DNA from: Eledone cirrhosa
Lineage: Eukaryota
NCBI GenBank assembly: GCA_964016885.1
Contig: OZ024740.1
Location: 12,896,001-12,960,000 of the forward strand
DNA length: 64,000 nt
Direction of reading: 5' to 3'
In this document: piece after piece, positions 12,281 through 25,000 of the stretch
Numbering within the stretch: the stretch's first letter is position 1
How the letters are laid out: every line of letters begins with the position of its first letter
Position numbers and translations under genes: made by a program
Notes under the pieces: model-generated
The model's input: the letters and a program-made list of their open reading frames with translations, nothing else
Told to the model about the DNA's origin: nothing
The model's database searches: none

Positions 12281-15200
12281 TCTAATGTCTCTAGTCTAAT
12301 GTCTTGTCTCTAGTTTAATGTATCTAGTCTAATGTCTTGTCTCTAGTCTAATGCCTTGTCTCTAGTCTACCGTCTCTAGTCTAATGTCTTGTCTCTAGTC
12401 TAATGTCTTGTCTCTAGTCTAATGTATCTAGTCTAATGTCTTGTCTCTTGTGTAATGTCTTATCTCTAGTCTAATGTCTCCAGTCTAATGGCTTGTCTCT
12501 AGTCTAATGTCTTGTCTCTAATCTAATTTCTCTAGTATAATGCGTCTAGTCTAATGTCTTGTATCTAGTCTAATGTCTTGTCTCTAGTCTAATGTCTCTA
12601 GTTTAATGTCTTGTCTCTAGTCTAATGTCTCTAGTCTAATGTCTTGTCTCTAGTCTAATGTCTTGTCTCTAGTCTATTGTCTCTAGTCGAATGTATTGTC
12701 TCTAGTCTAATATCTTGTCTCTAGTCTAAATTCTTGTCTCTAGTCTAACGTCTTGTCTCTAGTCTAATGTCTCTAGTCTAATATCTCTAGTCTAATATCT
12801 CTAGTCTAATATCTCTAGTCTAATGTCTTGTGTCTAGTCTAATGTCTGTAGTCTAATGTCTTGTATCTAGTCTAAAGTCTTGTCTCTAGTCTAATGTCTC
12901 TAGTCTAATGTCTTGTCTCTAATCTAATACCCCTAGTCTAATATCTTGTCTCTAGTCTAATGTCTCTAGTCTAATGTCTTGTCTCTAGTCTAATATCTTG
13001 TCTCTAGTCTAATGTCTTGTCTCTAGTCTAATGTCTTGTCTCTAGTCTAATGTCTTGTCTCTAGTCTAATGTCAGTAGTCTAATGTCTTGTCTCTAGTCT
13101 AATGTCTTGTCTCTAGTCTAATGTCTTGTCTCTAATCTAATGTCTCTAGTCTAATGTCTTTTTTCTAGTGTAATGTCTCTAGTCTAATGTCTTGTCTCTA
13201 GTCTAATGTCTTGTCTCTAGTCTAATGTCTTGTCTCTAGTCTAATGTCTTGTCTCTATTCTACCGTCTCTAGTCTAATGTCTTCTCTCTAGTCTAATGTC
13301 TTGTCTCAAGTCTAATGTATCTAGTCATATGTCTTGTCTCTTGTGTAATGTCTTATCTCTAGTCTAATGTCTCCAGTCTAATGGCTTGTCTCTAGTCTAA
13401 TGTCTTGTCTCTAATCTAATGTCTCTAGTCTAATGTCTTGTCTCTAATCTAATTTCTCTAGTATAATGTGTCTTGTCTAATGTCTTGTATCTAGTCTAAT
13501 GTCTTGTCTCTAATCTAATGTCCCTAGGCTAATGTCTTGTTTCTAGTCTAATGTCTCTAGTCTAATATTTTGTCTCTAGTCTAATGTCTTGTCTCTAGTC
13601 TAATGTTTCTAGTCTAATGTCTCTAGTCTAATGTCTTGTCTCTAATCTAATGTCTCTAGCCTAACGTCTTATCTCTAGTCTAATGTCTCTAGTCTAATGT
13701 CTTGTCTCTAGCCTAATGTCTTGTCTCTAGTCTAATGTCTCTAGTCTAATGTTTCTTGTCTAATGTCTTGTCTCTAGTCTAATGTCACTAGTCTAATGTC
13801 TCTAGTCTATTGTCTCCAGTCTAATGTCCCTAGTCTAATGTCTTGTCTCTAGTCTAATGTCTCTAGTCTAATGTCTTGTCTCTAGTCTAATGTCTTGTCC
13901 CTAGTCTCATGTCTTGTCTCTAGTCTAATGTCTCTAGTCTAATGTCTTGTCTCTAGTCTAATGTCTTGTCTCTAGTCTAATGTCGTGTCTCTAGTCTCAT
14001 GTCTTGTCTCTAGTCTAACGTCTTGTCTCTAGTCTAATATCTCTAGTGTAATGTCTTGTCTCTAGTTTCATGTCTTGTCTCTAGTATAATGTCTTGTCTC
14101 TAGTCTAATGTCTCTAGTTTAATGTCTTGTCTCTAGTCTAATGTCTCTAGTCTAATGTCTTGTCTCTAGTCTAATGTCTTGTCTCTAGTCTATTGTCTCT
14201 AGTCGAATGTATTGTCTCTAGTCTAATATCTTGTCTCTAGTCTAATATCTTGTCTCTAGTCTAACGTCTTGTCTCTAGTCTAATGTCTCTAGTCTAATGT
14301 CTCTAGTCTAATATCTCTAGTCTAATGTCTTGTGTCTAGTCTAATGTCTGTAGTCTAATGTCTTGTATCTAGTCTAAAGTCTTGTCTCTAGTCTAATGTC
14401 TCTAGTCTAATGTCTTGTCTCTAATCTAATACCCCTAGTCTAATATCTTGTCTCTAGTCTAATGTCTCTAGTCTAATGTCTTGTCTCTAGTCTAATATCT
14501 TGTCTCTAGTCTAATGTCTTGTCTCTAGTCTAATGTCTTGTCTCTAGTCTAATGTCTTGTCTCTAGTCTAATTTCAGTAGTCTAATGTCTTGTCTCTAGT
14601 CTAATGTCTTGTCTCTAGTCTAATGTCTTGTCTCTAATCTAATGTCTCTAGTCTAATGTCTTGTTTCTAGTGTAATATCTCTAGTCTAATGTCTTGTCTC
14701 TAGTCTAATGTCTTGTCTCTAGTCTAATGTCTTGTCTCTATTCTAATATCCCTGGTCTAATGTGTTGTCTCTAATCTAATGTCCCTAGACTAATGTCTTG
14801 TTTCTAGTCTAATGTCTCTAGTCTAATGTCTTGTCTCTAGTATAATGTCTTGTCTCTAGTCTAATGTCTCTAGTCTAATGTCTTGTCTCTAGTCTAATGT
14901 CTTGTCTCTAAACTAATGTCTCTAGTCTAATGTATCTAGACTAATGTCTTGTCTCTAATCTAATGTCTCTAGTCTAATGTCTTTTCTCTAGTCTAACGTC
15001 TTGTCTCTAATCTAATGTCTCTAGTCTAATGTCTTGTCTCTAGTCTAATGTCTCTAGTCTAATGTCTTGTCTCTAGTCTAATGTATCTAGACTAATGTCT
15101 TGTCTCTAGTCTAATGTCTTCTCTCTAGTCTAACGTCTCTAGTCTAATGTCTTGTCTCTAGTCTAATGTCTTATCTCTAGTCTAATGTATCTAGTCTAAT

Positions 15201-18200
15201 GCCTTGTCTCTTGTGTAATGTCTTATCTCTAGTCTAATGTCTCCAGTCTAATGGCTTGTCTCTAGTCTAATGTCTTGTCTCTAGTCTAATGTCTTGTCTC
15301 TAATCTAATGTCTCTAGTCTAATGTCTTGTCTCTAGTCTAATGTCTTGTCTCTAGTCTATTGTCTCTAGTCGAATGTATTGTCTCTAGTCTAATATCTTG
15401 TCTCTAGTCTAATATCTTGTCTCTAGTCTAACGTCTTGTCTCTAGTCTAATGTCTCTAGTCTAATGTCTCTAGTCTAATATCTCTAGTCTAATGTCTTGT
15501 CTCTAGTCTAATGTCTGTAGTCTAATGTCTTGTATCTAGTCTAAAGTCTTGTCTCTAGTCTAATGTCTCTAGTCTAATGTCTTGTCTCTAATCTAATACC
15601 CCTAGTCTAATATATTGTCTCTAGTCTAATGTCTCTAGTCTAATGTCTTGTCTCTAGTCTAATATCTTGTCTCTAGTCTAATGTCTTGTCTCTAGTCTAA
15701 TGTCTTGTCTCTAGTCTAATGTCTTGTCTCTAGTCTAATGTCAGTGGTCTAATGTCTTGTCTCTAGTCTAATGTCTTGTCTCTAGTCTAATGTCTTGTCT
15801 CTAATCTAATGTCTCTAGTCTAATGTCTTGTTTCTAGTGTAATGTCTCTAGTCTAATGTCTTGTCTCTAGTCTAATGTCTTGTCTCTAGTCTAATGTCTT
15901 GTCTCTATTCTAATATCCCTGGTCTAATGTGTTGTCTCTAATCTAATGTCTCTAGACTAATGTCTTGTTTCTAGTCTAATGTCTCTAGTCTAATGTCTCT
16001 AGTCTAATGTCTTGTCTCTAGTATAATGTCTTGTCTCTAGTCTAATGTCTCTAGTCTAATGTCTTGTCTCTAGTCTAATGTCTTGTCTCTAATCTAATGT
16101 CTCTAGTCTAATGTCTTGTCTCTAGTCTAATGTCTCTAGTCTAATGTCTTTTCTCTAGTCTAACGTCTTGTCTCTAATCTAATGTCTCTAGTCTAATGTC
16201 TTGTCTCTAGTCTAATGTCTCTAGTCTAATGTCTTGTCTCTAGTCTAAGGTTGTCTAGTCTAATGTCTTGTCTCTAGTCTAATGTATCTAGACTAATGTC
16301 TTGTCTCTAGTCTAATGTCTTGTCTCTAGTCTAACGTCTCTAGTCTAACGTCTCTAGTCTAATGTCTTGTCTCTAGTCTAATGTCTTGTCTCTAGTCTAA
16401 TGTATCTAGTCTAATGCCTTGTCTCTTGTGTAATGTCTTATCTCTAGTCTAATGTCTCCAGTCTAATGGCTTGTCTCTAGTCTAATGTCTTGTCTCTAGT
16501 CTAATGTCTTGTCTCTAATCTAATGTCTCTAGTCTAATGTCTTGTCTCTAGTCTAATGTCTTGTCTCTAGTCTATTGTCTCTAGTCGAATGTATTGTCTC
16601 TAGTCTAATATCTTGTCTCTAGTCTAATATCTTGTCTCTAGTCTAACGTCTTGTCTCTAGTCTAATGTCTCTAGTCTAATATCTCTAGTCTAATGTCTTG
16701 TGTCTAGTCTAATGTCTGTAGTCTAATGTCTTGTATCTAGTCTAAAGTCTTGTCTCTAGTCTAATGTCTCTAGTCTAATGTCTTGTCTCTAATCTAATAC
16801 CCCTAGTCTAATATCTTGTTTCTAGTCTAATGTCTCTAGTCTAATGTCTTGTCTCTAGTCTAATATCTTGTCTCTAGTCTAATGTCTTGTCTCTAGTCTA
16901 ATGTCTTGTCTCTAGTCTAATGTCTTGTCTCTAATCTAATGTCTCTAGTCTAATGTCTTGTTTCTAGTGTAATGTCTCTAGTCTAATGTCTTGTCTCTAG
17001 TCTAATGTCTTGTCTCTAGTCTAATGTCTTGTCTCTATTCTAATATCCCTGGTCTAATGTGTTGTCTCTAATCTAATGTCTCTAGACTAATGTCTTGTTT
17101 CTAGTCTAATGTCTCTAGTCTAATGTCTCTAGTCTAATGTCTTGTCTCTAGTCTAATGTCTTGTCTCTAAACTAATGTTTCTAGTCTAATGTATCTAGAC
17201 TAATGTCTTGTCTCTAGTCTAATGTCTCTAGTCTAATGTCTTTTCTCTAGTCTAACGTCTTGTCTCTAATCTAATGTCTCTAGTCTAATGTCTTGTCTCT
17301 AGTCTAATGTCTCTAGTCTAATGTCTTGTCTCTAGTTAAATGTATCTAGACTAATGTCTTGTCTCTAGTCTAATGTCTTGTCTCTAGTCTAATGTCTTGT
17401 CTCTAGACTAATGTCTTGTCTCTAGTCTAATGTCTTGTCTCTAGTCTAATGTCTTGTCTCTAGTCTAATGTCTTGAATCTAGTCTAATGTCTTGTCTCTA
17501 GTGTAATGTCTCTAGTCAAATGTCTTGTCTCTAGTCTAATGTCTTGTCTCTAGTCTAATGTCTCTAGTCTAATGTCTTGTCTCTAGTCTAATGTCTTGTC
17601 CCTAGTCTAAAATCTCTAGTGTAATGTCTTGTCTTTAATCTAATGTCTTGTCTCTAGTTTAATGTCTTGTCTCTAGTCTAATGTCTCTAGTCTAATGACT
17701 TGTCTCTAGTCCAATGTCTTGCCTCTAGTCTAATGTCGTGTCTCTAGTCTAATGTCGTGACTCTAGCCTAATGTCTTGTCTCTAGACTAATGTCTCTAGT
17801 CTAATGTCTTGTCTCTAGTCTAATGTCTTGTCTCTAGTCTAATGTCTTGTCCCTAGTCTAATGTCTTGTCCCTAGTCTCATGTCTTGTCTCTAGTCTAAT
17901 GTCTCTAGTCTAATGTCTCTAGTCTAATGTCTTGTCCCTAGTCTAATGTCTTGTCCCTAGTCTAACGTCTTGTCTCTAGTCTAATGTACTGTCTCTAGTC
18001 TAATTTCTTGTCTCTAGTCTAATGTCTTGTCTCTAGTCTAATGTCTCTAGTCTAATGTCTCTAGTCTAATGTCTTGTCTCTAGTCTAATGTCGTGTCTCT
18101 AGTCTCATGTCTTTCTCTAGTCTAACGTCTTGTCTCTAGTCTAATATCTCTAGTCTAATGTCTTGTCTCTAGTTTCATGTCTTGTCTCTAGTATAATGTC

Positions 18201-18839
18201 TTGTCTCTAGTCTAATGTCTCTAGTTTAATGTCTTGTCTCTAGTCTAATGTCTCTAGTCTAATGTCTTGTCTCTAGTCTAATGTCTTGTCTCTAGTCTAT
18301 TGTCTCTAGTCGAATGTATTGTCTCTAGTCTAATATCTTGTCTCTAGTCTAATATCTTGTCTCTAGTCTAACGTCTTGTCTCTAGTCTAATGTCTCTAGT
18401 CTAATGTCTCTAGTCTAATATCTCTAGTCTAATGTCTTGTGTCTAGTCTAATGTCTGTAGTCTAATGTCTTGTATCTAGTCTAAAGTCTTGTCTCTAGTC
18501 TAATGTCTCTAGTCTAATGTCTTGTCTCTAATATAATACCCCTAGTCTAATATCTTGTCTCAAGTCTAATGTCTCTAGTCTAATGTCTTGTCTCTAGTCT
18601 AATATCTTGTCTCTAGTCTAATGTCTTGTCTCTAGTCTAATGTCTTGTCTCTAGTCTAATGTCTTGTCTCTAGTCTAATGTCAGTAGTCTAATGTCTTGT
18701 CTCTAGTCTAATGTCTTGTCTCTAGTCTAATGTCTTGTCTCTAATCTAATGTCTCTAGTCTAATGTCTTGTTTCTAGTGTAATGTCTCTAGTCTAATGTC
18801 TTGTCTCTAGTCTAATGTCTTGTCTCTAGTCTAATGTCT

Positions 18840-21800
18840 TGTCTCTAGTCTAATGTCTTGTCTCTAGTCTAATGTCAGTAGTCTAATGTCTTGTCTCTAG
18901 TCTAATGTACTGTCTCTAGTCTAATGTCTTGTCTCTAATCTAATGTCTCTAGTCTAATGTCTTGTTTCTAGTGTAATGTCTCTAGTCTAATGTCTTGTCT
19001 CTAGTCTAATGTCTTGTCTCTAGTCTAATGTCTTGTCTCTATTCTAATATCCCTGGTCTAATGTGTTGTCTCTAATCTAATGTCTCTAGACTAATGTCTT
19101 GTTTCTAGTCTAATGTCTCTAGTCTAATGTCTCTAGTCTAATGTCTTGTCTCTAGTATAATGTCTTGTCTCTAGTCTAATGTCTCTAGTCTAATGTCTTG
19201 TCTCTAGTCTAATGTCTTGTCTCTAAACTAATGTCTCTAGTCTAATGTATCTAGACTAATGTCTTGTCTCTAGTCTAAAGTCTTGTCTCTAATCTAATGT
19301 CTCTAGTCTAATGTCTTGTCTCTAGTCTAATGTCCCTAGTCTAATGTCTTGTCTCTAGTTTAATGTATCTAGACTAATGTCTTGTCTCTAGTCTAATGTC
19401 TTGTCTCTAGTCTAATGTCTTGTCTCTAGCCTAATGTCTTGTCTCTAGTCTAATGTCTTGTCTCTAGTCTAATGTCTTGTCTCTAGTCTAATGTCTTGAA
19501 TCTAGTCTAATGTCTTGTCTCTAGTGTAATGTCTCTAGTCAAATGTCTTGTCTCTAGTCTAATGTCTTGTCTCTAGTCTAATGTCTCTAGTCTAATGTCT
19601 TGTCTCTAGTCTAATGTCTTGTCCCTAGTCTAAAATCTCTAGTGTAATGTCTTGTCTTTAATCTAATGTCTTGTCTCTAGTTTAATGTCTTGTCTCTAGT
19701 CTAATGTCTCTAGTCTAATGACTTGTCTCTAGTCCAATGTCTTGCCTCTAGTCTAATGTCGTGTCTCTACTCTAATGTCGTGACTCTAGCCTAATGTCTT
19801 GTCTCTAGTCTAATGTCTCTAGTCTAATGTCTTGTCTCTAGTCTAATGTCTTGTCTCTAGTCTAATGTCTTGTCCCTAGTCTAATGTCTTGTCCCTAGTC
19901 TCATGTCTTGTCTCTAGTCTAATGTCTCTAGTCTAATGTCTCTAGTCTAATGTCTTGTCCCTAGTCTAATGTCTTGTCCCTAGTTTAACGTCTTGTCTCT
20001 AGTCTAATGTACTGTCTCTAGTCTAATTTCTTGTCTCTAGTCTAATGTCATGTCTCTAGTCTAATGTCTTGTCTCTAGTCTAATGTCTCTAGTCTAATGT
20101 CTCTAGTCTAATGTCTTGTCTCTAGTCTAATGTCGTGTCTCTAGTCTCATGTCTTGTCTCTAGTCTAACGTCTTGTCTCTAGTCTAATATCTCTAGTCTA
20201 ATGTCTTGTCTCTAGTTTCATGTCTTGTCTCTAGTATAATGTCTTGTCTCTAGTCTAATGTCTCTAGTTTAATGTCTTGTCTCTAGTCTAATGTCTCTAG
20301 TCTAATGTCTTGTCTCTAGTCTAATGTCTTGTCTCTAGTCTATTGTCTCTAGTCGAATGTATTGTCTCTAGTCTAATATCTTGTCTCTAGTCTAATATCT
20401 TGACTCTAGTCTAACGTCTTGTCTCTAGTCTAATGTCTCTAGTCTAATGTCTCTAGTCTAATATCTCTAGTCTAATGTCTTGTGTCTAGTCTAATGTCTG
20501 TAGTCTAATGTCTTGTATCTAGTCTAAAGTCTTGTCTCTAGTCTAATGTCTCTAGTCTAATGTCTTGTCTCTAGTCTAATACCCCTAGTCTAATATCTTG
20601 TCTCTAGTCTAATGTCTCTAGTCTAATGTCTTGTCTCTAGTCTAATATCTTGTCTCTAATCTAATGTCTTGTCTCTAGTCTAATGTCTTGTCTCTAGTCT
20701 AATGTCTTGTCTCTAGTCTAATGTCAGTAGTCTAATGTCTTGTCTCTAGTCTAATGTCTTGTCTCTAGTCTAATGTCTTGTCTCTAATCTAATGTCTCTA
20801 GTCTAATGTCTTGTTTCTAGTGTAATGTCTCTAGTCTAATGTCTTGTCTCTAGTCTAATGTCTTGTCTCTAGTCTAATGTCTTGTCTCTATTCTAATATC
20901 CCTGGTCTAATGTGTTGTCTCTAATCTAATGTCTCTAGACTAATGTCTTGTTTCTAGTCTAATGTCTCTAGTCTAATGTCTCTAGTCTAATGTCTTGTCT
21001 CTAGTCTAATGTCTTGTCTCTAGTCTAATGTCAGTAGTCTAATGTCTTGTCTCTAGTCTAATGTACTGTCTCTAGTCTAATGTCTTGTCTCTAATCTAAT
21101 GTCTCTAGTCTAATGTCTTGTTTCTAGTGTAATGTCTCTAGTCTAATGTCTTGTCTCTAGTCTAATGTCTTGTCTCTAGTCTAATGTCTTGTCTCTATTC
21201 TAATATCCCTGGTCTAATGTGTTGTCTCTAATCTAATGTCTCTAGACTAATGTCTTGTTTCTAGTCTAATGTCTCTAGTCTAATGTCTCTAGTCTAATGT
21301 CTTGTCTCTAGTATAATGTCTTGTCTCTAGTCTAATGTCTCTAGTCTAATGTCTTGTCTCTAGTCTAATGTCTTGTCTCTAAACTAATGTCTCTAGTCTA
21401 ATGTATCTAGACTAATGTCTTGTCTCTAGTCTAATGTCTCTAGTCTAATGTCTTTTCTCTAGTCTAACGTCTTGTCTCTAATCTAATGTCTCTAGTCTAA
21501 TGTCTTGTCTCTAGTCTAATGTCCCTAGTCTAATGTCTTGTCTCTAGTTTAATGTATCTAGACTAATGTCTTGTCTCTAGTCTAATGTCTTGTCTCTAGT
21601 CTAATGTCTTGTCTCTAGCCTAATGTCTTGTCTCTAGTCTAATGTCTTGTCTCTAGTCTAATGTCTTGTCTCTAGTCTAATGTCTTGAATCTAGTCTAAT
21701 GTCTTGTCTCTAGTGTAATGTCTCTAGTCAAATGTCTTGTCTCTAGTCTAATGTCTTGTCTCTAGTCTAATGTCTCTAGTCTAATGTCTTGTCTCTAGTC

Positions 21801-22045
21801 TAATGTCTTGTCCCTAGTCTAAAATCTCTAGTGTAATGTCTTGTCTTTAATCTAATGTCTTGTCTCTAGTTTAATGTCTTGTCTCTAGTCTAATGTCTCT
21901 AGTCTAATGACTTGTCTCTAGTCCAATGTCTTGCCTCTAGTCTAATGTCGTGTCTCTACTCTAATGTCGTGACTCTAGCCTAATGTCTTGTCTCTAGACT
22001 AATGTCTCTAGTCTAATGTCTTGTCTCTAGTCTAATGTCTTGTCT
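18840..22045. repeat. About 1-kb block repeated at 2156-2189 bp offset (about 18840-19855 and 21000-22045)
   Basis: GAATC 19498/21687, AAAATC 19632/21821 and the private CGTGTCTCTACTC variant (TAC 19768/21957) are all at offset 2189; the upstream GTACTG variant is at offset 2156. Confidence 0.8.
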
Positions 22046-25000
22046 CTAATCTAATGTCTCTAGTCTAATGTCTTGTTTCTAGTGCAATGTCTCTAGTCTA
22101 ATGTCTTGTCTCTAGTCTAATGTCTTGTCTCTAGTCTAATGTCTTGTCTCTAGTCTAATGTCTTGTCTCTATTCTAATATCCCTGGTCTAATGTGTTGTC
22201 TCTAATCTAATGTCTCTAGACTAATGTCTTGTTTCTAGTCTAATGTCTCTAGTCTAATGTCTCTAGTCTAATGTCTTGTCTCTAGTCTAATGTCTCTAGT
22301 CTAATGTCTTGTCTCTAGTCTAATGTCTTGTCTCTAGTCTAATGTCTCTAGTCTAATGTCTTTTCTCTAGTCTAACGTCTTGTCTCTAATCTAATGTCTC
22401 TAGTCTAATGTCTTGTCTCTAGTCTAATGTCTCTAGTCTAATGTCTTGTCTCTAGTTTAATGTATCTAGACTAATGTCTTGTCTCTAGTCTAATGTCTTG
22501 TCTCTAGTCTACCGTCTCTAGTCTAATGTCTTGTCTCTAGTCTAATGTCTTGTCTCTTGTGTAATGTCTTATCTCTAGTCTAATGTCTCCAGTCTAATGG
22601 CTTGTCTCTAGTCTAATGTCTTGTCTCTAATCTAATGTCTCTAGTCTAATGTCTTGTCTCTAATCTAATTTCTCTAGTATAATGTGTCTAGTCTAATGTC
22701 TTGTATCTAGTCTAATGTCTTGTCTCTAGTCTAATGTCTTGTCTCTAGTCTAATGTCTTGTCTCTAATCTAATGTCTCTAGTCTAATGTCTTGTTTCTAG
22801 TGTAATGTCTCTAGTCTAATGTCTTGTCTCTAGTCTAATGTCTTGTCTCTAGTCTAATGTCTTGTCTCTAGTCTAATGTCTTGTCTCTAGACTAATGTCA
22901 GTAGTCTAATGTCTTGTCTCTAGTCTAATGTCTTGTCTCTAGTCTAATGTCTTGTCTCTAATCTAATGTCTCTAGTCTAATGTCTTGTTTCTAGTGTAAT
23001 GTCTCTAGTCTAATGTCTTGTCTCTAGTCTAATGTCTTGTCTCTAGTCTAATGTCTTGTCTCTATTCTAATATCCCTGGTCTAATGTGTTGTCTCTAATC
23101 TAATGTCTCTAGACTAATGTCTTGTTTCTAGTCTAATGTCTCTAGTCTAATGTCTCTAGTCTAATGTCTTGTCTCTAGTATAATGTCTTGTCTCTAGTCT
23201 AATGTCTCTAGTCTAATGTCTTGTCTCTAGTCTAATGTCTTGTCTCTAAACTAATGTCTCTAGTCTAATGTATCTAGACTAATGTCTTGTCTCTAGTCTA
23301 ATGTCTCTAGTCTAATGTCTTTTCTCTAGTCTAACGTCTTGTCTCTAATCTAATGTCTCTAGTCTAATGTCTTGTCTCTAGTCTAATGTCTCTAGTCTAA
23401 TGTCTTGTCTCTAGTTTAATGTATCTAGACTAATGTCTTGTCTCTAGTCTAATGTCTTGTCTCTAGTCTAATGTCTTGTCTCTAGCCTAATGTCTTGTCT
23501 CTAGTCTAATGTCTTGTCTCTAGTCTAATATCTTGTCTCTAGTCTAATGTCTTGAATCTAGTCTAATGTCTTGTCTCTAGTGTAATGTCTCTAGTCAAAT
23601 GTCTTGTCTCTAGTCTAATGTCTTGTCTCTAGTCTAATGTCTCTAGTCTAATGTCTTGTCTCTAGTCTAATGTCTTGTCCCTAGTCTAAAATCTCTAGTG
23701 TAATGTCTTGTCTTTAATCTAATGTCTTGTCTCTAGTTTAATGTCTTGTCTCTAGTCTAATGTCTGTAGTCTAATGACTTGTCTCTAGTCCAATGTCTTG
23801 CCTCTAGTCTAATGTCGTGTCTCTAGTCTAATGTCGTGACTCTAGCCTAATGCCTTGTCTCTAGACTAATGTCTCTAGTCTAATGTCTTGTCTCTAGTCT
23901 AATGTCTTGTCTCTAGTCTAATGTCTTGTCCCTAGTCTAATGTCTTGTCCCTAGTCTCATGTCTTGTCTCTAGTCTAATGTCTCTAGTCTAATGTCTCTA
24001 GTCTAATGTCTTGTCCCTAGTCTAATGTCTTGTCCCTAGTCTAACGTCTTGTCTCTAGTCTAATGTACTGTCTCTAGTCTAATTTCTTGTCTCTAGTCTA
24101 ATGTCTTGTCTCTAGTCTAATGTCTTGTCTCTAGTCTAATGTCTCTAGTCTAATGTCTCTAGTCTAATGTCTTGTCTCTAGTCTAATGTCGTGTCTCTAG
24201 TCTCATGTCTTGTCTCTAGTCTAACGTCTTGTCTCTAGTCTAATATCTCTAGTCTAATGTCTTGTCTCTAGTTTCATGTCTTGTCTCTAGTATAATGTCT
24301 TGTCTCTAGTCTAATGTCTCTAGTTTAATGTCTTGTCTCTAGTCTAATGTCTCTAGTCTAATGACTTGTCTCTAGTCTAATGTCTTGTCTCTAGTTTATT
24401 GTCTCTAGTCGAATGTATTGTCTCTAGTCTAATATCTTGTCTCTAGTCTAATATCTTGTCTCTAGTCTAACGTCTTGTCACTAGTCTAATGTCTCTAGTC
24501 TAATGTCTCTAGTCTAATATCTCTAGTCTAATGTCTTGTGTCTAGTCTAATGTCTGTAGTCTAATGTCTTGTATCTAGTCTAAAGTCTTGTCTCTAGTCT
24601 AATGTCTCTAGTCTAATGTCTTGTCTCTAATCTAATACCCCTAGTCTAATATCTTGTCTCTAGTCTAACGTCTCTAGTCTAATGTCTTGTCTCTAGTCTA
24701 ATATCTTGTCTCTAGTCTAATGTCTTGTCTCTAGTCTAATGTCTTGTCTCTAGTCTAATGTCTTGTCTCTAGTCTAATGTCTTGTCTCTAATCTAATGTC
24801 TCTAGTCTAATGTCTTGTTTCTAGTGCAATGTCTCTAGTCTAATGTTTTGTCTCTAGTCTAATGTCTTGTCTCTAGTCTAATGTCTTGTCTCTATTCTAA
24901 TATCCCTGGTCTAATGTGTTGTCTCTAATCTAATGTCTCTAGACTAATGTCTTGTTTCTAGTCTAATGTCTCTAGTCTAATGTCTTGTCTCTAGTATAAT

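Noticed and set aside
16245-16262. Aberrant 15-bp monomer AAGGTTGTCTAGTCT; similarly a 3-bp GTC duplication at about 46087-46092
   Set aside because: Isolated small mutations or consensus errors; too short to indicate an insertion footprint or foreign sequence.
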